IMG/VR virus record: IMGVR_UViG_3300025134_000002
Span: 1 to 52,958 of that record
Source: a virus
Lineage: Duplodnaviria; Caudoviricetes
Reading direction: 5' to 3' (one strand)
Length of the DNA stretch: 52,958 nt
The translations under genes and the position numbers were made by a program. Positions 27,525 through 36,807 of this stretch are shown one piece after another. The notes below the pieces were generated by a model, which worked only from the letters and a program-made list of their open reading frames with translations, had not been told where the DNA came from and did not search any database. Every line of letters starts with the position of its first letter. Within the stretch, counting starts at the first letter, position 1.

Positions 27525-27797
27525 ATGAGCAATCTCACCCAGAAGCAGCGCATGCAACTGCCGCTGAGTTCCTTCGGACAACCCGAAGACCGTAAATTCC
27601 CGATTGTTGACGCATCCGACGTAGCGGATGCGGCTTCCCTGATCGGCAAGGCCAAAAACCCCGCGAAAACCAAGGCGCGCATTATCGCCATCGCACGCCG
27701 CAAGGGGTTCGCGATTCCCGCCGCATGGGAGGCGGACGCGAAGGAAGGAGCGAGCAAGGTCCGCTCCGCCCTCCGCACGGCGACCGGTGGCACGTGA
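27525..27797 (+). CDS. small head-region protein (R..L..S.F..P..RKFPI.D motif)
   Basis: Motif recalled from phage head-gene clusters; GGAG RBS. Confidence 0.6.
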   Translation: MSNLTQKQRMQLPLSSFGQPEDRKFPIVDASDVADAASLIGKAKNPAKTKARIIAIARRKGFAIPAAWEADAKEGASKVRSALRTATGGT

Positions 27798-28365
27798 GTC
27801 CGCGCTTTCCGATGACGACCGGCAGAAGCTCGAAGCCGCATTAGCAGCGGCCATCACGCTCATCTACCAGCACCACCAGACCGAAGCGTTCGCTCAACTG
27901 AACGCGCTTGAGCGCAGCCTGCACCTGACGCCTGCGGCCATGCAGAAGATCAACGCCAAGGCGCGCGAAGTTGCCGACAGCGTGCAGGCAGGCATCAATA
28001 GTCGCATCGCGGCGGCTTATGACCAGGCAACGCAGGACGGATCAAACCCAACAACCGCCGCCGCTTCGGCGCGTCAGAGTATCCACGGCTACAACGACAC
28101 GACGCTGACGCCGTACCTCGTCTCATGGGCTGCGCAGCGCGGTGTGATTGATGCGTACTCTGCCGTACCTAACCCAGATCTCCAGGGCCAGTCCATGCGA
28201 GACGCCGTTCAATGGGAATGGCAGCAGCTCGCAGACTATCCGGACGAATGTGCTGAGGCAGCTGCGGCTAGTCCCGCGAGCTATGACGAGTTGACCGGCA
28301 TTACTGGAGGTGACCCGCCAATTCATCGGAACTGCGGTTGCTCTCTGACGCCGGTTGGAGCATAG
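27787..28365 (+). CDS. minor head / MuF-like morphogenesis protein
   Basis: WEW..C..PPIHRNCGCSLTP C-terminus; after portal. Confidence 0.65.
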   Translation: MARESALSDDDRQKLEAALAAAITLIYQHHQTEAFAQLNALERSLHLTPAAMQKINAKAREVADSVQAGINSRIAAAYDQATQDGSNPTTAAASARQSIHGYNDTTLTPYLVSWAAQRGVIDAYSAVPNPDLQGQSMRDAVQWEWQQLADYPDECAEAAAASPASYDELTGITGGDPPIHRNCGCSLTPVGA

Positions 28366-28368
28366 TCT

Positions 28369-29061
28369 TCAGTCCTCCGTGTCTAGGCATTTCCAAGTCT
28401 TGCGCCTTATGAGTTGATCGATGCAGGCTGGACTGACGCCGCAATCTTGAGCCAGTTGCGATCTTGTTCGGGTTCCCGCTTGATATTGCACAAGAGCTTT
28501 GCGCGCCAATGTCGCCGTGAGTTTCCTGTTCTGATTCTTGTCGCCCGACCGCTCCGAACCTCGTCCCCACATGCCGTTCCTTGAGCCCGCTGCCATACGA
28601 TGCTTTCGGGCTGCATCTGCCATATTGTCTGCCGCAGTTCCCAGAAACAAATGGCTGGTGCGGACGCAGAGTCGATTATCGCAGTGGTGGCAGACGAACT
28701 GGCCGTCTGGGACCGGGCCGTTGCAGAGTATCCAAGAGAAGCGATGCGCGAAGTATTGCTTGCCGCCCTTCCTGCCAGAGCCCGAATAGACGTGGAATCG
28801 GCCATAGCCTAGTGGCGTTTGGCGACCCGTCCAGACCCAGCACTCTCCCGACTTATCAACGTAGGACCAGAACCGAGCCTCAGGCGTAAGGCCGCGCCAA
28901 CGTTCAGGCCTGGGCATAGGCGGGCGGATGCGGGGGTAGTGATAATTGATATAGCGGACGAACTGACCCTTGATGTGGCCGTAACGCGCATCATCATTGG
29001 TGGCAATGCGCGTGCGCCCACCACACCCGCAGCCACAGTATCCGTACGGAATAGAATCCAT
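28369..29061 (-). CDS. free-standing HNH homing endonuclease
   Basis: CGCGCG N-terminus, [46 protein letters not shown]; C-terminal HTH; GAGGAGG RBS. Confidence 0.92.
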   Translation of the reverse strand: MDSIPYGYCGCGCGGRTRIATNDDARYGHIKGQFVRYINYHYPRIRPPMPRPERWRGLTPEARFWSYVDKSGECWVWTGRQTPLGYGRFHVYSGSGRKGGKQYFAHRFSWILCNGPVPDGQFVCHHCDNRLCVRTSHLFLGTAADNMADAARKHRMAAGSRNGMWGRGSERSGDKNQNRKLTATLARKALVQYQAGTRTRSQLAQDCGVSPACIDQLIRRKTWKCLDTED

Positions 29062-29175
29062 CGTAAGTAACCTCCTCGTTAGGTTGCTTGCCACGCCTCG
29101 GGTGTTTACGCACGCCGAGGCACTTCTATTGGACGAAATTACGCTTGTTCCCTGAGTCCCGTATAAGGAGCCATC

Positions 29176-29619
29176 ATGGCGCTTGAAAAAGCCTATCCCG
29201 GTAGCGGAACCGAGGCAATTGAGGTCGTCAACGTCGATCCGGTGACCGGCGCGACCGTTGGGCCCGGCCAGCCTTCCGCGGCGACCGTCTATGTGCTGCC
29301 GAGCGCGGCACAAACTGTGACGCTCGTAACGGCTGATCTCGCAGTTGCCACCTACCGCGAGCTTCAGCTCCTCGTGAACGTGAGCGCTGTTAGTGGCACG
29401 ACGCCATCCATGACGCTGACGCTCGATAGCAAAGGCGCCGACGGCGTGTACTACACCGTCTACACCAGCAGCGCGATTACGGCAGCCGGCAAGACGCTTG
29501 CTCATATCGGCGTCGGCGCTGCCACGAACGTCGCGTTTGGTAGCACCGTTCGCCTGACCGCGACCATCAGTGGAACGGCGCCGTCATTCACGATGAGTGC
29601 ATCGCTCATCGGCAAGTGA
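29176..29619 (+). CDS. probable virion structural protein (Thr/Ala/Val-rich beta protein)
   Basis: AAGGAG RBS; composition; head module. Confidence 0.65.
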   Translation: MALEKAYPGSGTEAIEVVNVDPVTGATVGPGQPSAATVYVLPSAAQTVTLVTADLAVATYRELQLLVNVSAVSGTTPSMTLTLDSKGADGVYYTVYTSSAITAAGKTLAHIGVGAATNVAFGSTVRLTATISGTAPSFTMSASLIGK

Positions 29620-29658
29620 GACGCTCCAGGGGCGGTAAGCGCCCATGACGAGGCTGCT

Positions 29659-29937
29659 ATGGATGAGCTGGTAGGACTCGGAGAAGACGTGACGGATCGA
29701 TTCATCGTTCGCACACCGGTGGCTATGGTTGACCGGCGGGTGCGGCCCAGCCGCCTCGCTCATCTGCAGGCCATCGAAAGCCTCGAGGACTGTATGGAGC
29801 AGATCGTCCAGACACTCGCCGACACCGATGATCCGGAACGAGCGGCAGAGCTGTCCGATCGGCTAAGCGATCTCGACACGGGGCACGACATCGTGCAGGC
29901 CTTGCTGCGCGGCATCAATCCTAGCCTCAGTCTGTAG
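29659..29937 (+). CDS. hypothetical protein
   Basis: GAGG RBS. Confidence 0.5.
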   Translation: MDELVGLGEDVTDRFIVRTPVAMVDRRVRPSRLAHLQAIESLEDCMEQIVQTLADTDDPERAAELSDRLSDLDTGHDIVQALLRGINPSLSL

Positions 29938-30286
29938 CGGAACTAGAGTTGCAGAGTGAACTGCCAGTATCCGGCATTGACTATATAGCAGAGACCTTCC
30001 AGGTCCCAGCGCTTCCATCCCCAGCATGGATGAATATCCGTTCCCCTGAGACACAGCGCCTCAAAGAGGATGCTTTGCCCGCGGTTCAGTACCAAGACGA
30101 AGAGCCACCCAAAGATCCTACCCGTCACTTCTGAGCGGACAAAGCTGCTCCGTGGTCGCCAGGGCTGCGCCTCATGCATGCCGCATTCTAGAGGATCTCT
30201 TTGTGACGGGCGTACGAGATGTGCATCCGTCCCGAGCATGACCACATCAACGTACCGCGTCCAGGCGACGCAGGAGGACTTTTCCC

Positions 30287-31060
30287 ATGGCAGATGATGC
30301 CGATGTGACCAAGGACCAGGAGTCTGCGGACACGGATACCGACACCGAAGAGAGTAAAACTCCCCCGCCTACCGAAGAGAAGACAGAGCGCACTGAATCC
30401 GAATCGAAGGCTCGCAAACCGTCACGAGCAGTTTCCAAGACGGAGATTGTTCCTGATGTACCCGCGGACTCAGAGGACAAGGTGTCCGATGACAAGACGC
30501 CGGAGGACGAGGAGCCATTCGACAAGGGTCGCGCGCTCAAGACCATCCAGAAGCTACGCGAGTTCGAGAAGCAAGCGAAAGAGCAGGCTCGGCGTCTTGC
30601 GGACTATGAGAAGCGCGAACGCGAGGCGGAAGAAGCCGCGATGAGCGAGCGCGACCGGTTAGCAGCCCAACTCAAGCGAGCAGAGGCAGAGCTGAAGTTC
30701 GCGCAGGAGTCGGCGCGCGACACGCAGAATCACCACGAGGTCGAACGCTTGGCTACTCGCCTGAACATCGTCGACCCGGAGGCTGCGGTCAAGCTCCTCG
30801 ACTGGGGAAGTCTCGACTACGACGATGACGGCAGGCCACAAGACGTCGAAAAGGCGCTCAAGACACTGATTCACGACAAACCCTATCTGCTGAAGGACGC
30901 GGGACGTACGTCGAATACGAGTACGGGCAATCCAGCAACGCGGAGTAGCGCGCCAGGTCAGCGGATGTACACCATGGCCGAGATCAACGACTACCAGTTC
31001 TATTCGAAAAACCGTGAGGACATCAAGCGCGCCTACACGGAGGGACGAATTATCGAGTAG
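30287..31060 (+). CDS. capsid scaffolding protein
   Basis: Acidic disordered N-terminus, coiled coil, DKPYLLK; AGGAGG RBS; directly upstream of capsid. Confidence 0.85.
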   Translation: MADDADVTKDQESADTDTDTEESKTPPPTEEKTERTESESKARKPSRAVSKTEIVPDVPADSEDKVSDDKTPEDEEPFDKGRALKTIQKLREFEKQAKEQARRLADYEKREREAEEAAMSERDRLAAQLKRAEAELKFAQESARDTQNHHEVERLATRLNIVDPEAAVKLLDWGSLDYDDDGRPQDVEKALKTLIHDKPYLLKDAGRTSNTSTGNPATRSSAPGQRMYTMAEINDYQFYSKNREDIKRAYTEGRIIE

Positions 31061-31084
31061 CTCATCTCGGATCGCGGCCCCATG

Positions 31085-31120
31085 ACCTCCCAATGTCAGG
31101 ACGATGTCGGGAGGTTTTTT
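31085..31120 (+). terminator. terminator-like hairpin between scaffold and capsid genes
   Basis: ACCTCCC..GGGAGGT followed by T5. Confidence 0.5.
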
Positions 31121-31143
31121 CACGTTCCTAGGAGACATTTGAC

Positions 31144-31191
31144 ATGGCCGACATCAAGTTGACCACGGCTGATACCGCTGGATTTATCCCT
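31144..31191 (+). CDS. major capsid protein, exon 1 (MADIKLTTADTAGFIP)
   Basis: AGGAG RBS; 16 codons ending in T at the P1 U-G pair; joins in frame to 31865. Confidence 0.88.
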
Positions 31192-31864
31192 TGGTAAGAC
31201 CGTCCATTTCTGGCTTCTGTAAGCCAAATATGAGATAATTGGGGGATGTAAAACTAGGCTCAAATGCTGGGACTTCCTAAAGCCTCGCCACTCATTAGGT
31301 AACAGTGCGACGGATGCAACAATGGACAATCAGCAGCGTAAGACAGAGATCGACCTCGCCTGGCTAGGCGGGTTTCTCGACGGCGAAGGATGCTTACACC
31401 TACGAAAGCAGGTGGGCGCACGCCTTAGAGCGATGGGTAAGGTATACTACCGTCCGACCCTTCGCATCTGTAATACCCACGAACCGACGCTCCAGGTCGT
31501 TCGCAGAATCTTTGAAGCGAATGGCTTCCCCTGCCACGTCTCACACCGCGATTACGACAACATTAATCCGTCGTATAAGCGGGCCTGGGACGTTGAGGTA
31601 AGCGGCATTAAGCGTATGGCTCGGATATTGCCCGTCCTGATCCCGTATCTACATACCAAGCGAGAGCAAGCGGAAACGATGTTGGAGTTCTGTGAATCGC
31701 GCTTGTCGAAAGCGCCATCGGCTCCCCTGACGGAGCACGAGACTGCGCTTCTCCGCACGTTCCGACCGAGTCTCTGATCGCTCACAGACTACACGCCTAG
31801 CTAGCCTCGTTATGGCTAGATGGTATAGTCGGGCCTTCGGTGAAAGCCGAGGGATGCCCAGGCG
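31192..31864 (+). mobile_element. group I self-splicing intron (673 nt)
   Basis: IGS ATTGGGGGAT 31238-31247; P3 CTAGGC/GCCTAG; P AAATGCTGGGA, Q AATCAGCAG, R TCACAGACTAC, S ATGGTATAGTC; P8; P9 with GAAA; terminal G. Confidence 0.93.
31322..31777 (+). CDS. intron-encoded single-motif LAGLIDADG homing endonuclease
   Basis: LAWLGGFLDGEG; PYLHTKREQA; lies between Q and R elements. Confidence 0.92.
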   Translation: MDNQQRKTEIDLAWLGGFLDGEGCLHLRKQVGARLRAMGKVYYRPTLRICNTHEPTLQVVRRIFEANGFPCHVSHRDYDNINPSYKRAWDVEVSGIKRMARILPVLIPYLHTKREQAETMLEFCESRLSKAPSAPLTEHETALLRTFRPSL

Positions 31865-32962
31865 CAATACTGGGCCAACCGTGCCCTTGACGTACTGCGT
31901 CAACAAATAGTCCTCGCCAATGTTGTTGCGAAAGACGTGGACTTCGGCGAGGTGGGATGGCAGGGCAAATCAATCACCGTGCCGTATCCCGGCACCTTTT
32001 CGGCGGTTGACAAATCCGCCGATACTCCCGTCACGCCGCAAGTGCCGGTCGGCGGCAATAGCGTGACGTTGACGCTCAGCAAGCACAAAGTGGTTCCGTT
32101 CCTGGTTGAGGACTTCGGCGCCGCGCAGGCCAATATGGCGCTGATGGACCGGTACCTGGAACCCGCCGTCATCGGCATCGCGGAGCAGTTCGAGCTCGAC
32201 CTGTGGATGACCGCCATGACCGCCGGCTCGATCGCCGCAATCGGCACGGTTGGCAGCGACATGACCTCCACGACAGTCCGACTCGCCAACCGCCGACTCA
32301 ATGAGGCGAAATCTCCGGTCTCCAACCGATCGCTGGTCGTGTCGCCGAAGGATCAGATGGGTATCCTGGGTGACACCAATCTGGCCAGCTTCTTCGCATA
32401 CTCTCAGCCGGACAGCGTCCGTAACGGTCAGTTCGGACGCCTCTACGGATTCGATGCGTACTGGTCGCAGATGGCTCCGCTTGGGTACAACGTCGCTCAG
32501 GCGGCCGCCTCGACGTATACGTTTAATGCGCAAACGACCGCGAGCGTCCCGACCGCCGGTCTGACCGCTGCGGTCCTGCAGGCGGCGCTCGTAGGGCTGT
32601 CCTCGGTGGGTACGGGCGGCGTCGTGGTCAGCGGCCCCGCCGGCGGGCCGTTCAACGTAGTCTTCACCCCGACCATCGACGCCACCGGCACCCTTACGGC
32701 TTCGACGGCGACCATTTCTGCGCATACGCAGACCAATATCGCGCTCCATCGGGATGCGGTCATGTTTGCCGTCCGCCCCTTCCCACAGACCCCGTTCGCC
32801 GCAGGCGTGTACACCGCGCAGGCCAACGACCCTGAATCGGGCCTCTCCATTCGGATATCGGCCCAATACGACATCAATAATATCGGTGTCCGGGTCAACC
32901 TGGACATGCTCTACGGCGTGCAGGTACTACGCCCGACCCTTGCGGTGATCATCGAGGCATAA
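31865..32962 (+). CDS. major capsid protein, exon 2 (P22-coat-like; spliced product 381 aa)
   Basis: QYWANRALDVLR..GKSITVP..RSLVVSP..GQFGRLYGFD..DMLYGVQVLRP; frame open from 31865. Confidence 0.9.
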   Translation, partial: QYWANRALDVLRQQIVLANVVAKDVDFGEVGWQGKSITVPYPGTFSAVDKSADTPVTPQVPVGGNSVTLTLSKHKVVPFLVEDFGAAQANMALMDRYLEPAVIGIAEQFELDLWMTAMTAGSIAAIGTVGSDMTSTTVRLANRRLNEAKSPVSNRSLVVSPKDQMGILGDTNLASFFAYSQPDSVRNGQFGRLYGFDAYWSQMAPLGYNVAQAAASTYTFNAQTTASVPTAGLTAAVLQAALVGLSSVGTGGVVVSGPAGGPFNVVFTPTIDATGTLTASTATISAHTQTNIALHRDAVMFAVRPFPQTPFAAGVYTAQANDPESGLSIRISAQYDINNIGVRVNLDMLYGVQVLRPTLAVIIEA

Positions 32963-32978
32963 TCGTCTCGCATGGAAG

Positions 32979-33013
32979 AAAAGGAGGGCGGTCGGGATGA
33001 CCGCCCTCCTTTT
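32979..33013 (+). terminator. intrinsic (bidirectional) terminator after capsid gene
   Basis: AAAAGGAGGGCGGTC-GGGAT-GACCGCCCTCCTTTT. Confidence 0.85.
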
Positions 33014-33050
33014 CCTCACCTCGATTTACGCACGATTACAGGAGATCCCC

Positions 33051-33380
33051 ATGGCCTATATTGTGCAGCCCTTCGTCGACCTCTTCTACGTTGATGATAG
33101 CCTGGTCACACTCTACGTGACCGCCGGCTGGGTCCAGGCTACCGCCGCGCAAATCACGACGTGGCAGCAGAATGACCCCTACGTCGGACAGCAGAGCGCT
33201 CCTCCCGCTCCGCCGCTCATCAGTCCGACTCAAGCACCCGCTCCCATTGGGAAGGCCGCCATAGAACGACCCGAGAAAGCTCATTCCGGATCAGCGAAGA
33301 AGTCCGGTGCACGGCCCCAGCGAAAGAAGGGTACCGGCTCCGACGACGCAGCACGTCCACGGCACGTGATCCATGCCTAG
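33051..33380 (+). CDS. hypothetical protein
   Basis: AGGAG RBS. Confidence 0.55.
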   Translation: MAYIVQPFVDLFYVDDSLVTLYVTAGWVQATAAQITTWQQNDPYVGQQSAPPAPPLISPTQAPAPIGKAAIERPEKAHSGSAKKSGARPQRKKGTGSDDAARPRHVIHA

Positions 33381-33978
33381 TCTGCGCACGACCATGGCCG
33401 ATCTGATCACGCAGGTTCGCACGCTGATCGGTGATGCCGGAGCGACCCACGTCTTTGATGACCAGGTGATCCAGGACGCGCTCGACTGCGTGCGCATCGA
33501 GCAGCGCTGGATAGCGCTTCGTCCCGTACAGAGCTTTCTGCCCGACGGTACGATGCTGTTCTATGACTACTACTCAGACACGCCGAATTGGGAGTCTGAC
33601 ATCAAGCTCCAGGACATGTCGTACAACGACATCACCGCCAATGTCGATCTGTCTGAAGACATCGTAGGACACTGGCACTTCCCGACGCAGCCGAATGGTA
33701 TCGGTGTCCGCGCTACCGGCAAGACCTACGATGTCTACGGTGCGTCCGCCGATCTACTCGACTCGTGGGCAGCGCAGTTGAAACTGGACTTTGATTTCAA
33801 GTCCGGCACGGACCAGTATACGCGGCAGCAGAAATACCAGATGGTGACCGATCTGGCCAAACGGTATCGCGCGCTGGCGCGTCCGCAGCGCGGCACCCTC
33901 TACCAGAGCGACGCCGCGCTGGACCATGCGGGCGGCGGGGTTGTATACCCCGACGTGAGTGGAACATATGGCAATTAG
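33373..33978 (+). CDS. head-tail adaptor
   Basis: LITQVRTLIGD..FDDQVIQDALD..DVYGASADLLDSWAA; position after capsid. Confidence 0.7.
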   Translation: MPSLRTTMADLITQVRTLIGDAGATHVFDDQVIQDALDCVRIEQRWIALRPVQSFLPDGTMLFYDYYSDTPNWESDIKLQDMSYNDITANVDLSEDIVGHWHFPTQPNGIGVRATGKTYDVYGASADLLDSWAAQLKLDFDFKSGTDQYTRQQKYQMVTDLAKRYRALARPQRGTLYQSDAALDHAGGGVVYPDVSGTYGN

Positions 33979-34627
33979 CCTGTCCGATCTCGTCAGCATG
34001 CGGACAACCGTTACGGCCTTCTGTGCGGAGTCCGCGACCATCGCTCGAACCAACATCACGGTTGCGGCTCGGGTCGAGTGGGGCATACGCGAGTTTCATC
34101 CCGAGGGGATGACGACCTCGCTCCGCTTTCGCATCTGGCGCATCATCATGCCCGATCCCAGCGATGCTTCATGGTCCGGCACCGCCGTCCGCGCAGGCGA
34201 TAGCATCACGATCACCGGCAAAGGCACATACGCCGTGCTGGATAGTATCAGGCCGACCACGTATTCGATGTCGACCGAGGTCACCGCTATCATGACGCGC
34301 GCCGCAGACGGCACGTACCCCATGCCGACGAACGCAACGGTGACGTTCGAGCAGACCGGCCTGAACGCAGCACCAAAGAAGACGGCAAACGTCTGGATCT
34401 ATTGCGCGAGCTGCCAGCCACGCCTCGACGCCTACGCCGCTCAATGGAAGTGGGGCGCATACGTCGATCCGCTCTTCACCTACACAGGCGGTGGCGTCTT
34501 GCAGGCCGGCGACAAGATCCGGTGGCCGGACATCGTGCCGAATGGTGAGGCGACGATCGCGCGGCCGCAGCGCATCTATGGGATGTTTCCATTCTGGAGA
34601 CTCTATTTCGTCCAGGTTGACGGCTAG
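33968..34627 (+). CDS. putative head-closure protein
   Basis: Position; two AGD-x-I beta modules. Confidence 0.5.
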   Translation: MAISLSDLVSMRTTVTAFCAESATIARTNITVAARVEWGIREFHPEGMTTSLRFRIWRIIMPDPSDASWSGTAVRAGDSITITGKGTYAVLDSIRPTTYSMSTEVTAIMTRAADGTYPMPTNATVTFEQTGLNAAPKKTANVWIYCASCQPRLDAYAAQWKWGAYVDPLFTYTGGGVLQAGDKIRWPDIVPNGEATIARPQRIYGMFPFWRLYFVQVDG

Positions 34628-34647
34628 AAACGAAAGGAGCTCAGAGC

Positions 34648-34725
34648 ATGATCTATGAGCTTCTGGTAATCCTGCTGGTCATCATCATCATCGTCGTCAT
34701 CCTGCGCGTCGCAGGCATTCTCTAG
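34648..34725 (+). CDS. 25-aa single-TM peptide MIYELLVILLVIIIIVVILRVAGIL
   Basis: AAAGGAG RBS; translated by hand; below ORF-track size cutoff. Confidence 0.65.
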   Translation: MIYELLVILLVIIIIVVILRVAGIL

Positions 34726-34836
34726 GCTCGTGGACGGATGGCGGGCGAAGGCGGGCCGCAGGCAGGAATGGACGCGCGAGGACTGGGAGGCCTACTTCGC
34801 CTGGTGCGAAGAGCGCGCCGCTGAGGGATTCGCGCG

Positions 34837-35058
34837 CTACCCGGAGCTGCGTGACGTCTCTGTTGCCCGACAGCAGCAAAAGACATCATAGACCTGATAT
34901 CCCGAGGTCAATTCATCCAAACACGAGTTGCAGCACGGCTCAGGATGCATAGAGAGGACACCGGGTCGCTTGCACGATGGGCAGTCTCTTTGTCCCTGTC
35001 CATTCCACCCACATGCGTGACACCATCGTGGGCCTGGTGGCAGTTCGTCCTCATCCAT
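34837..35058 (-). CDS. antisense small Cys-rich protein, probably leaderless
   Basis: CHAC, CPSC, CCNSC; TATACT 6 nt before ATG. Confidence 0.55.
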   Translation of the reverse strand: MDEDELPPGPRWCHACGWNGQGQRDCPSCKRPGVLSMHPEPCCNSCLDELTSGYQVYDVFCCCRATETSRSSG

Positions 35059-35080
35059 TGCTCCAGTATAGGATCTCATT

Positions 35081-35608
35081 ATGCGCCTCATCGTAGTCGA
35101 CAATTTCGCGGACATCGCCGGCCATTTTGCGCATGCCGCCGAAGCAGTCAAGCCCGCAGTGCTCGTCGGCATGGCTGCTCATGCCCCGATCATCGAGCAG
35201 ATCATGATCGACTCGGTGCGCAATTTTACTCCCGTTGGTGAGACTGGTCAGCTCCGAGACTCCACGGAAGGCCATACTGACATTCTCGCAGACGGCGCGC
35301 TCGTATCCGTCGATCAGCCGCTCACGGTTCCCTGGCGCGATCATGGAGACACGCCGCTAGCGTGGTTCATTATCGAGGGCACGGCAGAGCATCCGATTGA
35401 CGCTCATGAGGGCGGCCCACCGCTACATTGGGTTGGTGGTAGCCTCGGTCCCGGAGACCACTTCGCGCGGCACGTCACGATTCCAGAACGACCGGCTGAT
35501 GACTACGTCGCACGAGCCATGGAAGCCGCAAGTGGAATGATCGAGGCTGACATCGCCATCGCCGGGTACGAGATTACTGAGGCTGTGGCGACGGCGCTGA
35601 AGCTTTAG
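35081..35608 (+). CDS. HK97 gp10-like neck/tail-completion protein
   Basis: TPVGETGQLRDS..FIIEGT..HPI..FARHV. Confidence 0.75.
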   Translation: MRLIVVDNFADIAGHFAHAAEAVKPAVLVGMAAHAPIIEQIMIDSVRNFTPVGETGQLRDSTEGHTDILADGALVSVDQPLTVPWRDHGDTPLAWFIIEGTAEHPIDAHEGGPPLHWVGGSLGPGDHFARHVTIPERPADDYVARAMEAASGMIEADIAIAGYEITEAVATALKL

Positions 35609-35843
35609 GTTCTTCCGCTAACTCTTTCAGCCAACGGTCGGCCGCAATATACATGGCGTCAGCGCCATCCATGTCGGGATTACGCCGCTCAATCGTCGCC
35701 ACCCGTCTGTTGAACTCTCGGGCAGTTACCTCGAAGACAAGTTCTTCCACATGACCTGGCGCTCCCGATGACCGTCGGCCTCGAAGTTCGTATCGTCCTC
35801 CCGTGATAGGGTGCATGGCGTACGCCTGATATTGCATCGACAC
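35574..35843 (-). CDS. antisense small hypothetical protein, probably leaderless
   Basis: TATACT 5 nt before GTG. Confidence 0.5.
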   Translation of the reverse strand: MSMQYQAYAMHPITGGRYELRGRRSSGAPGHVEELVFEVTAREFNRRVATIERRNPDMDGADAMYIAADRWLKELAEEPKASAPSPQPQ

Positions 35844-35866
35844 GACCCAGTATAAGCGAGTGATGC

Positions 35867-36067
35867 ATGACGGTTCATACAGAGAGGGTGATCGGGCGTG
35901 GGCGATTTCCTAGCGCTGAGTGGTTCTACTGGCACGTTCCGCCATTCTGCCGAATGCTCGACCGATCCTACCTCAAAGAGTATGGATTTACCTGGGCGGA
36001 AGTTGCCGAAGATTTAGACCGTCTGCGCGATGAGTCTAGGATGTCTCGTTCAGCGGGTGGCTCATGA
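35867..36067 (+). CDS. hypothetical protein
   Basis: ATGA overlap with next gene. Confidence 0.45.
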   Translation: MTVHTERVIGRGRFPSAEWFYWHVPPFCRMLDRSYLKEYGFTWAEVAEDLDRLRDESRMSRSAGGS

Positions 36068-36795
36068 CCGCCGACAGCGCGGTCATTACCGCACTCACGG
36101 GCCTGATACTCGACACTGGAGTCGTTCGTAAGACCACGTGTAGCGGAGCATCGCTACCCAATGCAGGCGCTGTGACCGTCAGTGTTACCAGCGCGGCGGG
36201 ATTTGCGCCTGACGGTGTCGCATTCTTCGACGACACGCTGGGGGAAGAACCGCTCCATATCGCGTCGGTCGACTATGTCGCCAATACGATCACGTTCGAC
36301 TTGCTCGGAGTCGGCTATACCGGTCTGCAGTTCACGCACGCCGCCAACGTCACCATCTACACGAACCTATTCGGCTACGTTCCGAATGAACTGGGGCCGT
36401 TGCTCAATCTGGGTGATGCGGTGATCTGGGTGCATGGTCAGTCCGAGGATGACACGCTCGCCACGATGAGTCCCCTGGCAAAGTTTATTGAGCAGTTCCG
36501 AGTACAGATCGTCTACTGCAGACTCCTCGTGCAGCGCACGCCCACCATGCCGTCGAATATCTGGGCCTATCGCCAGCAAACGAAGGCGCGAGCTGATCTT
36601 GAGACGATCGCTCAGGCCTTCAAAACCAACCGCCATCTGGCGCGTCCCGCAGGCACGGTAGGCGTCGTAACAGAATTGGGACGGCATGGCCAGACGGCTC
36701 CATCGCTCACCAAAGGATTCATGCGGCTCACCGACAAGATCGATGTTTCTCTCTTCGCGGCCACCATGACGCTCGAAGCCTACTCATTCGGATAA
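36064..36795 (+). CDS. putative tail terminator with inserted beta domain
   Basis: Position between gp10-like and tail tube genes. Confidence 0.5.
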   Translation: MTADSAVITALTGLILDTGVVRKTTCSGASLPNAGAVTVSVTSAAGFAPDGVAFFDDTLGEEPLHIASVDYVANTITFDLLGVGYTGLQFTHAANVTIYTNLFGYVPNELGPLLNLGDAVIWVHGQSEDDTLATMSPLAKFIEQFRVQIVYCRLLVQRTPTMPSNIWAYRQQTKARADLETIAQAFKTNRHLARPAGTVGVVTELGRHGQTAPSLTKGFMRLTDKIDVSLFAATMTLEAYSFG

Positions 36796-36807
36796 AGGGA
36801 ATTACGC

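Noticed and set aside
29062-29505. N-terminal extension of the HNH ORF (378 aa in track)
   Set aside because: Antisense to gene 29176..29619; a strong RBS supports the start at 29061.
31322-31777. LAGLIDADG ORF as an intein or free-standing gene
   Set aside because: Has its own stop, no intein splice motifs, and is enclosed by group I core elements.
31937-31939. GTG 31937 as capsid start
   Set aside because: No RBS; the frame is open 24 codons further upstream to the intron 3' end, and the RBS lies before 31144.
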